From IMG/VR virus record IMGVR_UViG_3300028914_000059, positions 1 to 64,000 of that record: a stretch of 64,000 bases of DNA, one strand, 5' to 3'. Every line of letters starts with the position of its first letter. Position 1 is the first letter of the stretch. Source of the DNA: a virus (taxonomy: Duplodnaviria > Caudoviricetes). Positions 30,062 through 39,250 of the stretch are shown here, piece by piece. The notes beneath the pieces are model-generated. The model was not told where the DNA came from. It saw only the letters and a list, made by a program, of their open reading frames with translations, and searched no databases. Position numbers and translations under genes: made by a program.

Positions 30062-32002
30062 TTAGTTGGTTAGTAAAATATTTTCAAGTCTTTTTTCCAT
30101 ATTGGTCATAGGAATACAAGACTTATTAGCACTCTTAACAAATTCAGCAGCGGCTTTTTGGGCTCCTGCGAATTTTAAAATAGTTGCATAACTAATAGGT
30201 AAAGATGTTGTTAATTTAGTACTAACTACATCAGAGTAACTGGCTAATTTAGCTGCTCCGTAAAGAACTGGAAGAGCCAATACAGCTTTAGGGGTCCAAT
30301 GGCGATGGTCTGTGTTAAGGGAGCTGAGTTTAACTCTATTTTGAGCTTTGATTAGGGCATCAGCTAAAGCAGCTTCTACAGCTCTAGGGCTGTTAGGATT
30401 CATAAACATCATTTCCTGGACAGGCATATTGACGGAGCGCAGCGCTCTACTAAACCCTTCTTCCGGCAGCACAGCGTCAGCTACGGCACCTGTTAATTGA
30501 CGGGATGCCCTGATGGCTGATGGACCTACAGCAATAGCTGCAGCATTCAAAGGTAGTAAGGCTGATGTTGGTACATTCCTGCTTAGTAAGGTGTTCATGG
30601 CTGCAATAAGACTGCCTAATATGCCATAAGTAACTATTTCATCTGTTGCCGGTGATGTTTGCTGAAAGTCATAAGCTTCGGAATTTGGGGTTCTTCCTAA
30701 CAAGTATTTAAAGTCATCTGACATTTCCACAGGAATTGCTCGAACTCCTGAGGTCTTTTCGCAACAGTCATCTGGATTCAGGACTATACGAATAGTTACC
30801 TTTTTAATATTATCTGGTGTCAAGCTTCTAGCTTCCAAGATATCAGCTGGCAAATCGGCAGGTAAAATTTTAGGGGCGCAAAAGCTATCCATAAATTCTG
30901 AAAGCCCTCGGTCTGGATCGGACATACATACTATATGTTTGTTATCCAGCTCGTCTGCCAGGTCTTTCCTGCCCTTACTCACTAATATTATTCTCTGAGT
31001 TTCATGTGGTCGTAGAAAGATCTTTCTAGATATAAAGCTATGTAGCAAATCCAGTGGATTAGGAAAATGCCCAGCAATATCATCCAGAATGTCGGTTGGT
31101 ATATCCGGCCCCATAAACCTATCAAAAGTGTCGATAAGCTTATCCATGCAGTCAGATATCTTCTCATCTTCTACAGATAAAGCTTCTGGTTCAGATTCTT
31201 TTATTACTACTGTTGGAGACATATCCAGGGGTTTAATCTCCCCACTAGCTGTCTTTTCAAATCCCGCAGTCTTTTGTTCACCAAATTCTTCTTTTGCTCT
31301 ATCTACAGAAGAGGTTATTGTATCTCCTCCAGCTATCTTGGCCATAACTCTGGCAGTCGGATCCGCTGGAATAGTTACTATAGATATATCAAAAAAGTGG
31401 GGGTCTCTGTTAATGGCAAATGCTTTTCTCCCATCCGGTAACATCTTGGTTAATCCGGGATTAGATGTAAGGTGTTCACAATATTCTGCCGGGGTTTTAG
31501 CTTTATGACCGCATATACTACAATAGTCAGCGTCTACTCTGCACCCCATTGAAACATTGACCATTTCACCGTTATTTATCTTATCTACGAACTTCTTATC
31601 TAATTTGTCGGTGTCATACTCCACGATGAGCTCTACTCTATGCATCTTATCATTATAGGCTGAGAAGATGACCCTACCATAAGATTTGTTAGGATCTTTA
31701 TTTTTATGATGCATAAAAGCATGGCCGTCCTCTACAAATGTATGATGATATTTTTTTAGAGCATCTTCATAGAAAGCGTCACCATTCCTGTTACAGGAAA
31801 AGTATTCTGTAGCCCCCATAGCGTTTATGAGGGCATACAGTTTTCCAACAACAGGTTTGAGGCTTTGGATGAATTCTCTTATTTCGGGAGCATAAGCGTC
31901 GGAGCTAGCCAGCTTGACATTATCGGCTTGCTGGCCAAGCACTTTGACTGTTGGTTCTCCGAACTTATCTATTGGATCAAAATCCAGAATCTTATCCATC
32001 AT
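30062..32002 (-). CDS. Prohead maturation protease with long KxA-rich C-terminal region
   Basis: NRNGDAF, FMHH, VSMGC...CSICG, FFDISIVTIPAD. Confidence 0.75.
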   Translation of the reverse strand: MMDKILDFDPIDKFGEPTVKVLGQQADNVKLASSDAYAPEIREFIQSLKPVVGKLYALINAMGATEYFSCNRNGDAFYEDALKKYHHTFVEDGHAFMHHKNKDPNKSYGRVIFSAYNDKMHRVELIVEYDTDKLDKKFVDKINNGEMVNVSMGCRVDADYCSICGHKAKTPAEYCEHLTSNPGLTKMLPDGRKAFAINRDPHFFDISIVTIPADPTARVMAKIAGGDTITSSVDRAKEEFGEQKTAGFEKTASGEIKPLDMSPTVVIKESEPEALSVEDEKISDCMDKLIDTFDRFMGPDIPTDILDDIAGHFPNPLDLLHSFISRKIFLRPHETQRIILVSKGRKDLADELDNKHIVCMSDPDRGLSEFMDSFCAPKILPADLPADILEARSLTPDNIKKVTIRIVLNPDDCCEKTSGVRAIPVEMSDDFKYLLGRTPNSEAYDFQQTSPATDEIVTYGILGSLIAAMNTLLSRNVPTSALLPLNAAAIAVGPSAIRASRQLTGAVADAVLPEEGFSRALRSVNMPVQEMMFMNPNSPRAVEAALADALIKAQNRVKLSSLNTDHRHWTPKAVLALPVLYGAAKLASYSDVVSTKLTTSLPISYATILKFAGAQKAAAEFVKSANKSCIPMTNMEKRLENILLTN

Positions 32003-32008
32003 ATCACC

Positions 32009-32959
32009 TTAGTAACCAGCGGGATCCACCATTTGAGAACCTAAAGCTTCTTCAAAGGCTTTATTAGTAATATTCTTAATAAGAGCCTGTTCCATACCGG
32101 CACGACTAGAAGTAAGGTCGCCTTGAATCTTAGCTAACTGACCAACTACATTATGGTCTACACCGCGCATACCATAAGAAGACATATTGGTTATGAACTG
32201 ACCAGCAACTAATGGGTTAGTTGTAAGTTTAGGGGCAAAGTCATTAAGAACATTCCAGTACTTATCAACCTGTGTTCTTGGCATATCGCTTAATTCTGGA
32301 AATTCATCAAACATCTGTTTGTAAGAAAGTTGTTTTTTTACGGAATCTTTAATATGATCAGCAGCCCCACTTGCGGCAGCAAGGCCAATTCCACCAAGAG
32401 CAGTAAGCCCAGCTACAGGCATAATAGCTTTAGCTGCTGGAGATTCCAATAGTTCAAGCAAGCGGCCTTTAGCAGGTGCTGGATTCAATTTTTTATCCAT
32501 TACATGTTCCAAAAATTTAGATATACCGTTACCTATTGGCTTTGCCAGGAGATTATCAAAAGCACTAACACCTACATCAGTCCAATCTTTACCAGCTTGT
32601 TTAGTCATATAAATATGATCTACTAAGTCATTAACTACTTTAACATCATAGGATGATATCTTTTCCATACTATCAGACCTTTCACCCCGGATGTTTCTGA
32701 CCGAGGAAATTTTATATAAAGAATTTATATTCTCATTCAACTTATTATAATCTACAGTTGTAGCAGAAGCAATACCCGGAGCTTTTGGAGCTCTGGCTTG
32801 AGGTATTTGTGGCATATTGAATTTAGGTAATCCATTAAACATCAAATGGTTAGCTGCAGATGCTTTTAAACTACCTGGCCCGAATACCTTATTGAATACC
32901 CCAGTCATTAAAAGAGGCATTCCAAGATCCATAGCTAAATTGCCATACTTGAAAGACAT
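32009..32959 (-). CDS. Putative virion internal protein
   Basis: KISS and KQAG motifs; hydrophobic Gly/Ala segment. Confidence 0.55.
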   Translation of the reverse strand: MSFKYGNLAMDLGMPLLMTGVFNKVFGPGSLKASAANHLMFNGLPKFNMPQIPQARAPKAPGIASATTVDYNKLNENINSLYKISSVRNIRGERSDSMEKISSYDVKVVNDLVDHIYMTKQAGKDWTDVGVSAFDNLLAKPIGNGISKFLEHVMDKKLNPAPAKGRLLELLESPAAKAIMPVAGLTALGGIGLAAASGAADHIKDSVKKQLSYKQMFDEFPELSDMPRTQVDKYWNVLNDFAPKLTTNPLVAGQFITNMSSYGMRGVDHNVVGQLAKIQGDLTSSRAGMEQALIKNITNKAFEEALGSQMVDPAGY

Positions 32960-32962
32960 AAT

Positions 32963-33856
32963 TTACTCCTTGTTCATATCATGTCTGCGAATGCCTTTTT
33001 TAATAGAATCTATCTTAGAAACTATATAGTCTCTTGCATGACAGGACTCGCAAATACAGTCATGATTATCAACAATAGTGTTTAAACTCTTTATTACAGG
33101 GTTAGCTTTATTAACTACACTGTCGTTTCTCACGCCTTTAGCGGTTTCAGAAATAACCTTTGCTTCGGCTTGCTTATGAGAACCGGAAAAACTGATATTA
33201 TATTTCTTCAGATTTTCAGCCACCTTCATAAAAGTGTGATTTATTAACTCAGTGTGGTTTGGAAAAGCTATACGTCCAGCAGCATAAGCCATGGAGATGT
33301 CTTCCCCACGAAGAGCTGCTTCTTTTAAGCACTGTGTTAATTTATTTTCAGCACCTACCATATAACGCTTAGCATTGATAGTCTGAAAGTCAAGTTCATC
33401 TTTCAACTGAGCAAGCTTAGCTATTATTCTGTTAGCTTTGGTTTCAGAAATATTTACCTGATTTTCGTAATCAGTAATAGCAGCAGCTACTTTTTCAAGA
33501 CCAGCAGTATTTTTAGCAGAAGCTATCTTAGTATCTGACGGAAGGAGATCACGAATAGAATCTACAGGAACGGTAGTTTCATCATAAGATGCTTCTTTGC
33601 CCATAGCATTCATAGCTTCAGCTATTTTTTCCTGGTCTGCCATATCGAATACAAACTCAGCGTTTTTATGCATACCCCATAGAGTGTCATAAGTATTTAT
33701 GTTAGCAGCTTCACAGACTCTGGCAACCTGATGTGGGTTGAGTGAGGCTGTCTTAGTAAGCTGTAGTATAGTGTCATTCATAGGTACCTGCTCATCCAGG
33801 TATTTTGATGAGGCGAATTTCCCCATCGCCTTCAATTCGAGTTCGGTTCTATTCAT
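32963..33856 (-). CDS. Putative head core protein, KxA-rich
   Basis: About nine KxA motifs; AGGAGG/GAGG SD. Confidence 0.55.
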   Translation of the reverse strand: MNRTELELKAMGKFASSKYLDEQVPMNDTILQLTKTASLNPHQVARVCEAANINTYDTLWGMHKNAEFVFDMADQEKIAEAMNAMGKEASYDETTVPVDSIRDLLPSDTKIASAKNTAGLEKVAAAITDYENQVNISETKANRIIAKLAQLKDELDFQTINAKRYMVGAENKLTQCLKEAALRGEDISMAYAAGRIAFPNHTELINHTFMKVAENLKKYNISFSGSHKQAEAKVISETAKGVRNDSVVNKANPVIKSLNTIVDNHDCICESCHARDYIVSKIDSIKKGIRRHDMNKE

Positions 33857-33912
33857 TACCTCGTCCTCCTATATATTTAATAGGTACTAAACTTTAAAAG
33901 ATTTGTCAAGCA

Positions 33913-35469
33913 TTATAGTGTGCGGAGTAGATGATCTGCTGTCATCTTGCATATCATATAGGAATGGAAGGCATCATCAGGAAGTACATGATCATAATAC
34001 ATCTGTCCACCACTGGACCTGAATTCTACACAGATGGTAAGAAAATCTTGTGCAAAATCTTTAAATCCTTCCCAGGCAAAAAATTCCACTTTTTTATTTT
34101 TTATTTCTACAAATCTGTCTGTCATGCATTCGGTTCTGTTAAATACCATTCGGCCAGCTTCAGGTATCCATTTAGCATTAACTCTTAGACTGTCACTAGC
34201 CTGCCATTCAATAACTCTGTCGGGATCAAGCATCTGTTTGAGCTGGGCATTGTGCATAAATCCTGCACCCCAGTCTACCCCGACTGCCATCACACCTAAC
34301 TGTGTAGCCAGTTTTTTAATATATTCAACTTGATAAATTGGGTCAGATTCATTTCCTGTAAACTTATGCATTCCAAGGAGCTTGAACTTACCATCCCAGT
34401 CATAACATCCCAGACTACATACGGTATAGCCTGTAGCATGTCCGTTTTTCTGAGCACTTACACTGATGTCACCGTGTCCCCAGTCCACCCCAAGGAATAA
34501 ATGTAAAGGTTGAGTATGTGGTGTTCTCTTTAAAGCTAGTGGTCTCCTATCGTCACATACCGCCCGCAGTTCTGACTCAGAAATAGGGTTAGCACTACTA
34601 TCACAGGGCAGTGCCATTACTTCGTTCATAAACTTAGCATTGGGGTAAGTGTTTAACTTCTCAATTATTTTAGACCATTTGGCCGTTGGGGATATTATTT
34701 GTGGGACCCTAAATCCTGATAGATAAACATCCTTGTCTCCGATATTACGCTTAGCTACCCATTGTCCTTCAGAATCTCTAGGGAGTTCTTTGCCACACTT
34801 CTTACATATCATATATTCCAGACCTATATTTTCCATGCCTAGAATATTCCACTTGTTACAATGCGGGCATTTCATTATCCATTCATTCTGAGTAGATCTT
34901 GCCCATAATCTGGCTAAAGTATTATTTACAGTTTTAGGGGTGCCTGCATAGGTTCTCCACTGATATCTGGAACCGGACAAACATTCTTCTATAATGGGGA
35001 CATTATCCATGATAATATCCTGGATCTCATCTATGGTAACCTTATCTGCTGATACACCACGGATAGCATCCGCTGTTAAAAAAGCATATTTCAAAGTTAT
35101 GCTTGAACCATTGGAGAATGTACGTTTACTAACGTTCTGAACAGTAGGTCCATTCAGCATATAAGATCTGAATGTGGGGGAAAATCTTATAAAGGGGAGC
35201 AGTTTACTGTTTGAAAATTCTGAGGTTTGTTCCTTGCGCGGAGATACGTAAAGAGTATTAAAAAAAGGCATTACAAAAGAATCAATGAGGCTGTCAGACG
35301 CGATAAATGTAGATTTACCGTACTGACGCCCCATCATTAAAAGCACATCGTTTTCCTGCAAGTTATACAGGGTTAACATAGGTGCTCTGTCTTTTAAACT
35401 ATAAGGTTCATTATTAAGACAGAGCATTGTCTGTACCAAGTCTGACTTGGAGCAGTTTATCTGTGACAT
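33913..35469 (-). CDS. terL: Terminase large subunit
   Basis: GRQYGKST Walker A, IDEIQD Walker B, GTP, GVDWG and DDAFHS nuclease motifs. Confidence 0.9.
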   Translation of the reverse strand: MSQINCSKSDLVQTMLCLNNEPYSLKDRAPMLTLYNLQENDVLLMMGRQYGKSTFIASDSLIDSFVMPFFNTLYVSPRKEQTSEFSNSKLLPFIRFSPTFRSYMLNGPTVQNVSKRTFSNGSSITLKYAFLTADAIRGVSADKVTIDEIQDIIMDNVPIIEECLSGSRYQWRTYAGTPKTVNNTLARLWARSTQNEWIMKCPHCNKWNILGMENIGLEYMICKKCGKELPRDSEGQWVAKRNIGDKDVYLSGFRVPQIISPTAKWSKIIEKLNTYPNAKFMNEVMALPCDSSANPISESELRAVCDDRRPLALKRTPHTQPLHLFLGVDWGHGDISVSAQKNGHATGYTVCSLGCYDWDGKFKLLGMHKFTGNESDPIYQVEYIKKLATQLGVMAVGVDWGAGFMHNAQLKQMLDPDRVIEWQASDSLRVNAKWIPEAGRMVFNRTECMTDRFVEIKNKKVEFFAWEGFKDFAQDFLTICVEFRSSGGQMYYDHVLPDDAFHSYMICKMTADHLLRTL

Positions 35470-35486
35470 TTATTTATATTATATAA

Positions 35487-36065
35487 TCAATTCCAAACTC
35501 TGCGCGGAGTTTGTTGTATGCCGCCGCCAGTTACTTTACCCCACTTAAAATCACCGGAATTTAAGGCATCAAATGCCGCATTATTTCCTGCTGGTACAGC
35601 AGTTGCTGGAGTACCGCCAAACATGCCTTTAAGTGTTTGCATATCTTTATTTCCTAGCATAGCATCAGCTATAATAGAGCCCCCCGCACCACCGGCATAT
35701 CCACCGCCGAAGCCTTTAGCTAAACCAGTAGCCTGACCTTTTAAGCTGCCACCCATAGTACCTTTTATTTTATTCCAAGCTCCAGGATCAGCATTCTTGT
35801 AGCCTTGGACAGCACCAGTTGCACCACCTCTAAGACTACCCAGTATTCCAGATAGAGCGCCGGAGTGCAAACCTCGTTGGTTAGCTCGACGTAATATATT
35901 CCCCATTTCTGGACTTGTTATGGCATTTTTCGCCTGAGCGGCTAAGGCCCCTATATCTAAAGCTGTTTTTTCGTGTCCGGTTAAACTATTGTCTAATGCA
36001 GCAAGCTTGACTTGTACCGCCGTAGCAACATCATTAATTAAGTTTTCAGTTAGAGTATCAGCCAT
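35487..36065 (-). CDS. Gly-rich putative internal protein with KLA leader
   Basis: LINDVATAVQVKLAA leader; glycine-zipper body. Confidence 0.6.
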   Translation of the reverse strand: MADTLTENLINDVATAVQVKLAALDNSLTGHEKTALDIGALAAQAKNAITSPEMGNILRRANQRGLHSGALSGILGSLRGGATGAVQGYKNADPGAWNKIKGTMGGSLKGQATGLAKGFGGGYAGGAGGSIIADAMLGNKDMQTLKGMFGGTPATAVPAGNNAAFDALNSGDFKWGKVTGGGIQQTPRRVWN

Positions 36066-36076
36066 TTTACGACTCC

Positions 36077-36925
36077 TTATATAATATCTTCCTTCAGTTT
36101 AGACATCTCTGGAATATCCGTCTGCTTAATTTTAGCCAGTCTTAATTCCAAGTCTGCCGCAACTGCAGGAGTAGCCTTACCTGTGATATCTTCCAACTTT
36201 TCAGCGGCCCGCATAGCCATATTAGCCCACTGTAAAGTTTTGTTCATACTTTCAGTATCCTCACCAGCTACTGAAGTTTTGAATTTTTCAAAAGACTCAT
36301 TCATTACTGTAGTTAAAATATCTTCTAAAGTCAATGTATTCTGACCGGACAGTTTCCAGGAGGTTTCTTTCTCCCTCTTTCTATAGCTGCTCAAAAGCAG
36401 TGACCTATGCCTACGGTGTGTGCACGAGCCAATATAGTTGTATATTTCTAATTGAGACATGCCTTCCAGGTCCCAGAAATATTTGTAGAATAACTGTAAA
36501 CCCTCTAAAGAAACCCTGGCTCTGTATCTGTCTTTTACAGCTTTAAGGATCTCTTTATCTTCTTTGCCATAAACATACATACATTCAACAAGTATTCTGG
36601 CATCCATGTCGGTCATTATTAAGAGGGCTTCATTCCAGTGTGGAATTTTATTCCCTCTCATAACGTCTATCATCTCGTCAATGTCTAAAGATTTCAAAGA
36701 ATCCCCAGCCAGCTGTAAAAATTTTTCAAAATCATACTTTACCCCTGGACGAGCATATTCAAGCGATTCCTCAGGAAGATTAACAAGCAAGCTGTCTCTA
36801 AGCTTATCCATCTCTGCTTCAGTTGGTGGAGTAAGCTTAAAGGCTCTAAGTCTGTCACTTATTGTAGTAACAGAGTATCCTTTTAAAAGAAGCGCTTTCA
36901 TATACCTGTCATAGGGGTATCGCAT
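36077..36925 (-). CDS. Hypothetical protein
   Basis: 282-aa ORF in operon. Confidence 0.7.
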   Translation of the reverse strand: MRYPYDRYMKALLLKGYSVTTISDRLRAFKLTPPTEAEMDKLRDSLLVNLPEESLEYARPGVKYDFEKFLQLAGDSLKSLDIDEMIDVMRGNKIPHWNEALLIMTDMDARILVECMYVYGKEDKEILKAVKDRYRARVSLEGLQLFYKYFWDLEGMSQLEIYNYIGSCTHRRHRSLLLSSYRKREKETSWKLSGQNTLTLEDILTTVMNESFEKFKTSVAGEDTESMNKTLQWANMAMRAAEKLEDITGKATPAVAADLELRLAKIKQTDIPEMSKLKEDII

Positions 36926-36931
36926 ATATTA

Positions 36932-38950
36932 TTACATCCTTGATTTAAGAGTCTTAATCACGTCATGTAAACAATCTAATACTTTTCGTATATCTTGTTC
37001 TTCTGCTATGTTATTACCTAATCTGATAGAAATCAAGAGCTTTGCTAAACCTTTCTCAGTATTTTCCATATCAGGTAGCATCATTTTAAATTCTTCAATA
37101 TTTTCAGGTGTTACATAATTCAGAGAAAGAACAGTATCTATAGATTCGTCATCATCCATAGCCGCTGCTACCTTTAAAGTAGCTAGCATGGATTCTTTGT
37201 CCATAGCTGGAACATCTTTCTGTTCTTTACTAGTATAACGCCCTTTTTCATCATGTTTTCTATCGTTGACTTTAAGATTCTTTCGTCTGCTGGACATTTC
37301 TTTAGCTCTGCTTATAGTGCCCTTTAAATAGTCAAAAGTCTTGATACTTCCAGAAGCCAGCTTAGTAACTTCTTCAAGCACATTGCTTTCGCCCGCTTGT
37401 TTCAGAATTACACATGCAGTTGCAGCATCTACCATCTGAGGATATGCAGAACCAAGTTTAACCGCATAACTGTTGGTTCCTGTTTTCCACATCTTTCCAC
37501 TCACTGTTGGTATCATTCCGCTGACAAGATATTTACCGGCCATATAGTCTTCCGCAGTTTTTACCAGTGGAGTATGCCCCGCCAATTTGATATATTTTAC
37601 AGAACTTGGGATATACCACACTTCTGGGCAGCCGCTAGTAAAGTGTTCTTTTGGGATAGCGGACAAAGATGACAGTTTAACTGCCTGGGTCCATGGAACA
37701 TTAGTCTTATTATCCAATCTGACTACAGCAACCTTACCGTTATTGCACCAGCCGGTAATTGTTGTTCCAGAACCAGCTGATTCAGAGGAAAAGTTTACAA
37801 CACTGGCAACCTTTATTGGAGTCATATACTCCTGCTGTGGGTTTAACCAAAAGGTAACTGTATCATTAACTTTAACGTTATCAGTAGTTTTTAGTGCTGC
37901 AGTTTTTATAGCCTCAGACGGCATACCCACCAGGTTGCTCTGTAAGCTGTAGCTGCCATTTTCACTGATAGCTAAAAATTCAGGTTGAGCAGAGGCTACT
38001 TTTAGTACTGTAACATTTACAGGAGTAAGATCAGTACTGGTGTAGCAAGTATAGGATCCGGCCTTTTCAACTGGAGCTATCTGATTATTGGAAGCACTGG
38101 CTTTGTCTTCCCAGGTAAATGCCATGCCACTGTTCTGTAAATCATTGAGGATTCTTCTGGCACCTTTGAGACCAGCATGTTTCATCCAGTCTGTCAGTTG
38201 GTATACATCGCAGGGGGTTTCTGTAATTTCCATAGTCCCATCGGATTTCAATTCAGCTGATTTGATAACTAAGTTACCACGTCCACGGTTTACTATTACT
38301 TTGTTACCAGATACAGCAGCCGGGCCATTGATACCAGCAGTCTTACTATTAGCCTGCAGCATAGCATCTACTACAAAACTGGCCGCTGGATTCTGTGCGA
38401 CTTTAGCCAGGACAGTCGGGTGTTGCTTTAATACCTCATGTAAATCAGAGGCTACTTTAGCATAATTAAATGAACCGGTCTTATTGGCATAACTATTTAC
38501 ATAGCCGCTACCGTAGGCACCTGGCGGTGTAACCTTATTTGAAAAACCAGTATAGGCTGCTGCTGGAATATCTTCATCAGCCATCAGCTCATCACCCAGA
38601 GCTGGAGACATTAATACTTCTTCCAGTGCTTCCGGGTCAAGGTATCTGAATTCATCGTTATACAAGAACACATCCATTGGGAGCAGTTTACCATTCTGAA
38701 CAAGGACAGGAATTACTACGTTAGTTTTACCTTCTGGATCGACTGGTATTGTATAACTACCTTTAGCATAAAGTTTATCCTGATCCACAGCGTCAAAGTT
38801 TAACTGCCCGGGAATTTGGTTCAGTACAGGTAGTTGAGTCATTAAAATATTCTGAATCTCTTCAGGCCATTTTTCTATATTCTCATTCAGCTCTACTTCT
38901 GATTGTCCTGCTTCGGTAGGGGTATCGGTTAAAAATAAATCTTCTAACAT
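36932..38950 (-). CDS. Putative head core protein, very KxA-rich
   Basis: About 17 K-x-[ASG] motifs in 672 aa, counted by eye. Confidence 0.6.
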   Translation of the reverse strand: MLEDLFLTDTPTEAGQSEVELNENIEKWPEEIQNILMTQLPVLNQIPGQLNFDAVDQDKLYAKGSYTIPVDPEGKTNVVIPVLVQNGKLLPMDVFLYNDEFRYLDPEALEEVLMSPALGDELMADEDIPAAAYTGFSNKVTPPGAYGSGYVNSYANKTGSFNYAKVASDLHEVLKQHPTVLAKVAQNPAASFVVDAMLQANSKTAGINGPAAVSGNKVIVNRGRGNLVIKSAELKSDGTMEITETPCDVYQLTDWMKHAGLKGARRILNDLQNSGMAFTWEDKASASNNQIAPVEKAGSYTCYTSTDLTPVNVTVLKVASAQPEFLAISENGSYSLQSNLVGMPSEAIKTAALKTTDNVKVNDTVTFWLNPQQEYMTPIKVASVVNFSSESAGSGTTITGWCNNGKVAVVRLDNKTNVPWTQAVKLSSLSAIPKEHFTSGCPEVWYIPSSVKYIKLAGHTPLVKTAEDYMAGKYLVSGMIPTVSGKMWKTGTNSYAVKLGSAYPQMVDAATACVILKQAGESNVLEEVTKLASGSIKTFDYLKGTISRAKEMSSRRKNLKVNDRKHDEKGRYTSKEQKDVPAMDKESMLATLKVAAAMDDDESIDTVLSLNYVTPENIEEFKMMLPDMENTEKGLAKLLISIRLGNNIAEEQDIRKVLDCLHDVIKTLKSRM

Positions 38951-38965
38951 AATATTCTATCTCCA

Positions 38966-39241
38966 TTATCCACAATATGTATTAGCGGCTCGTGTCAGTA
39001 TTCTAGCTCCACATCCGCAGTGATCATAGGTAAGCGTAAAACGTCGGCTGCCAGCTACGGCAAAGCCCGATGAAAAGACTCTGGTCACACCGTGATGTTT
39101 ACGAGGACAGCAATGCAGGTCCCCATACACAGAACAAGGTCGATTGCCTCCGCCATAACCAACAGTGACATTATGACTGGAGCACCTGAATAATCTACCG
39201 CCATGACTGCTCATAGCGGGAAGAGGTACTAAACTTCTCAT
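38966..39241 (-). CDS. PAAR-like spike tip protein
   Basis: SSHGG...GDLHCCP..HHG...DHCGCGA; follows the spike gene. Confidence 0.75.
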   Translation of the reverse strand: MRSLVPLPAMSSHGGRLFRCSSHNVTVGYGGGNRPCSVYGDLHCCPRKHHGVTRVFSSGFAVAGSRRFTLTYDHCGCGARILTRAANTYCG

Positions 39242-39250
39242 AGTATAAAC

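Noticed and set aside
36077-36925. Terminase small subunit
   Set aside because: Only proximity to terL supports it; no motif recognised
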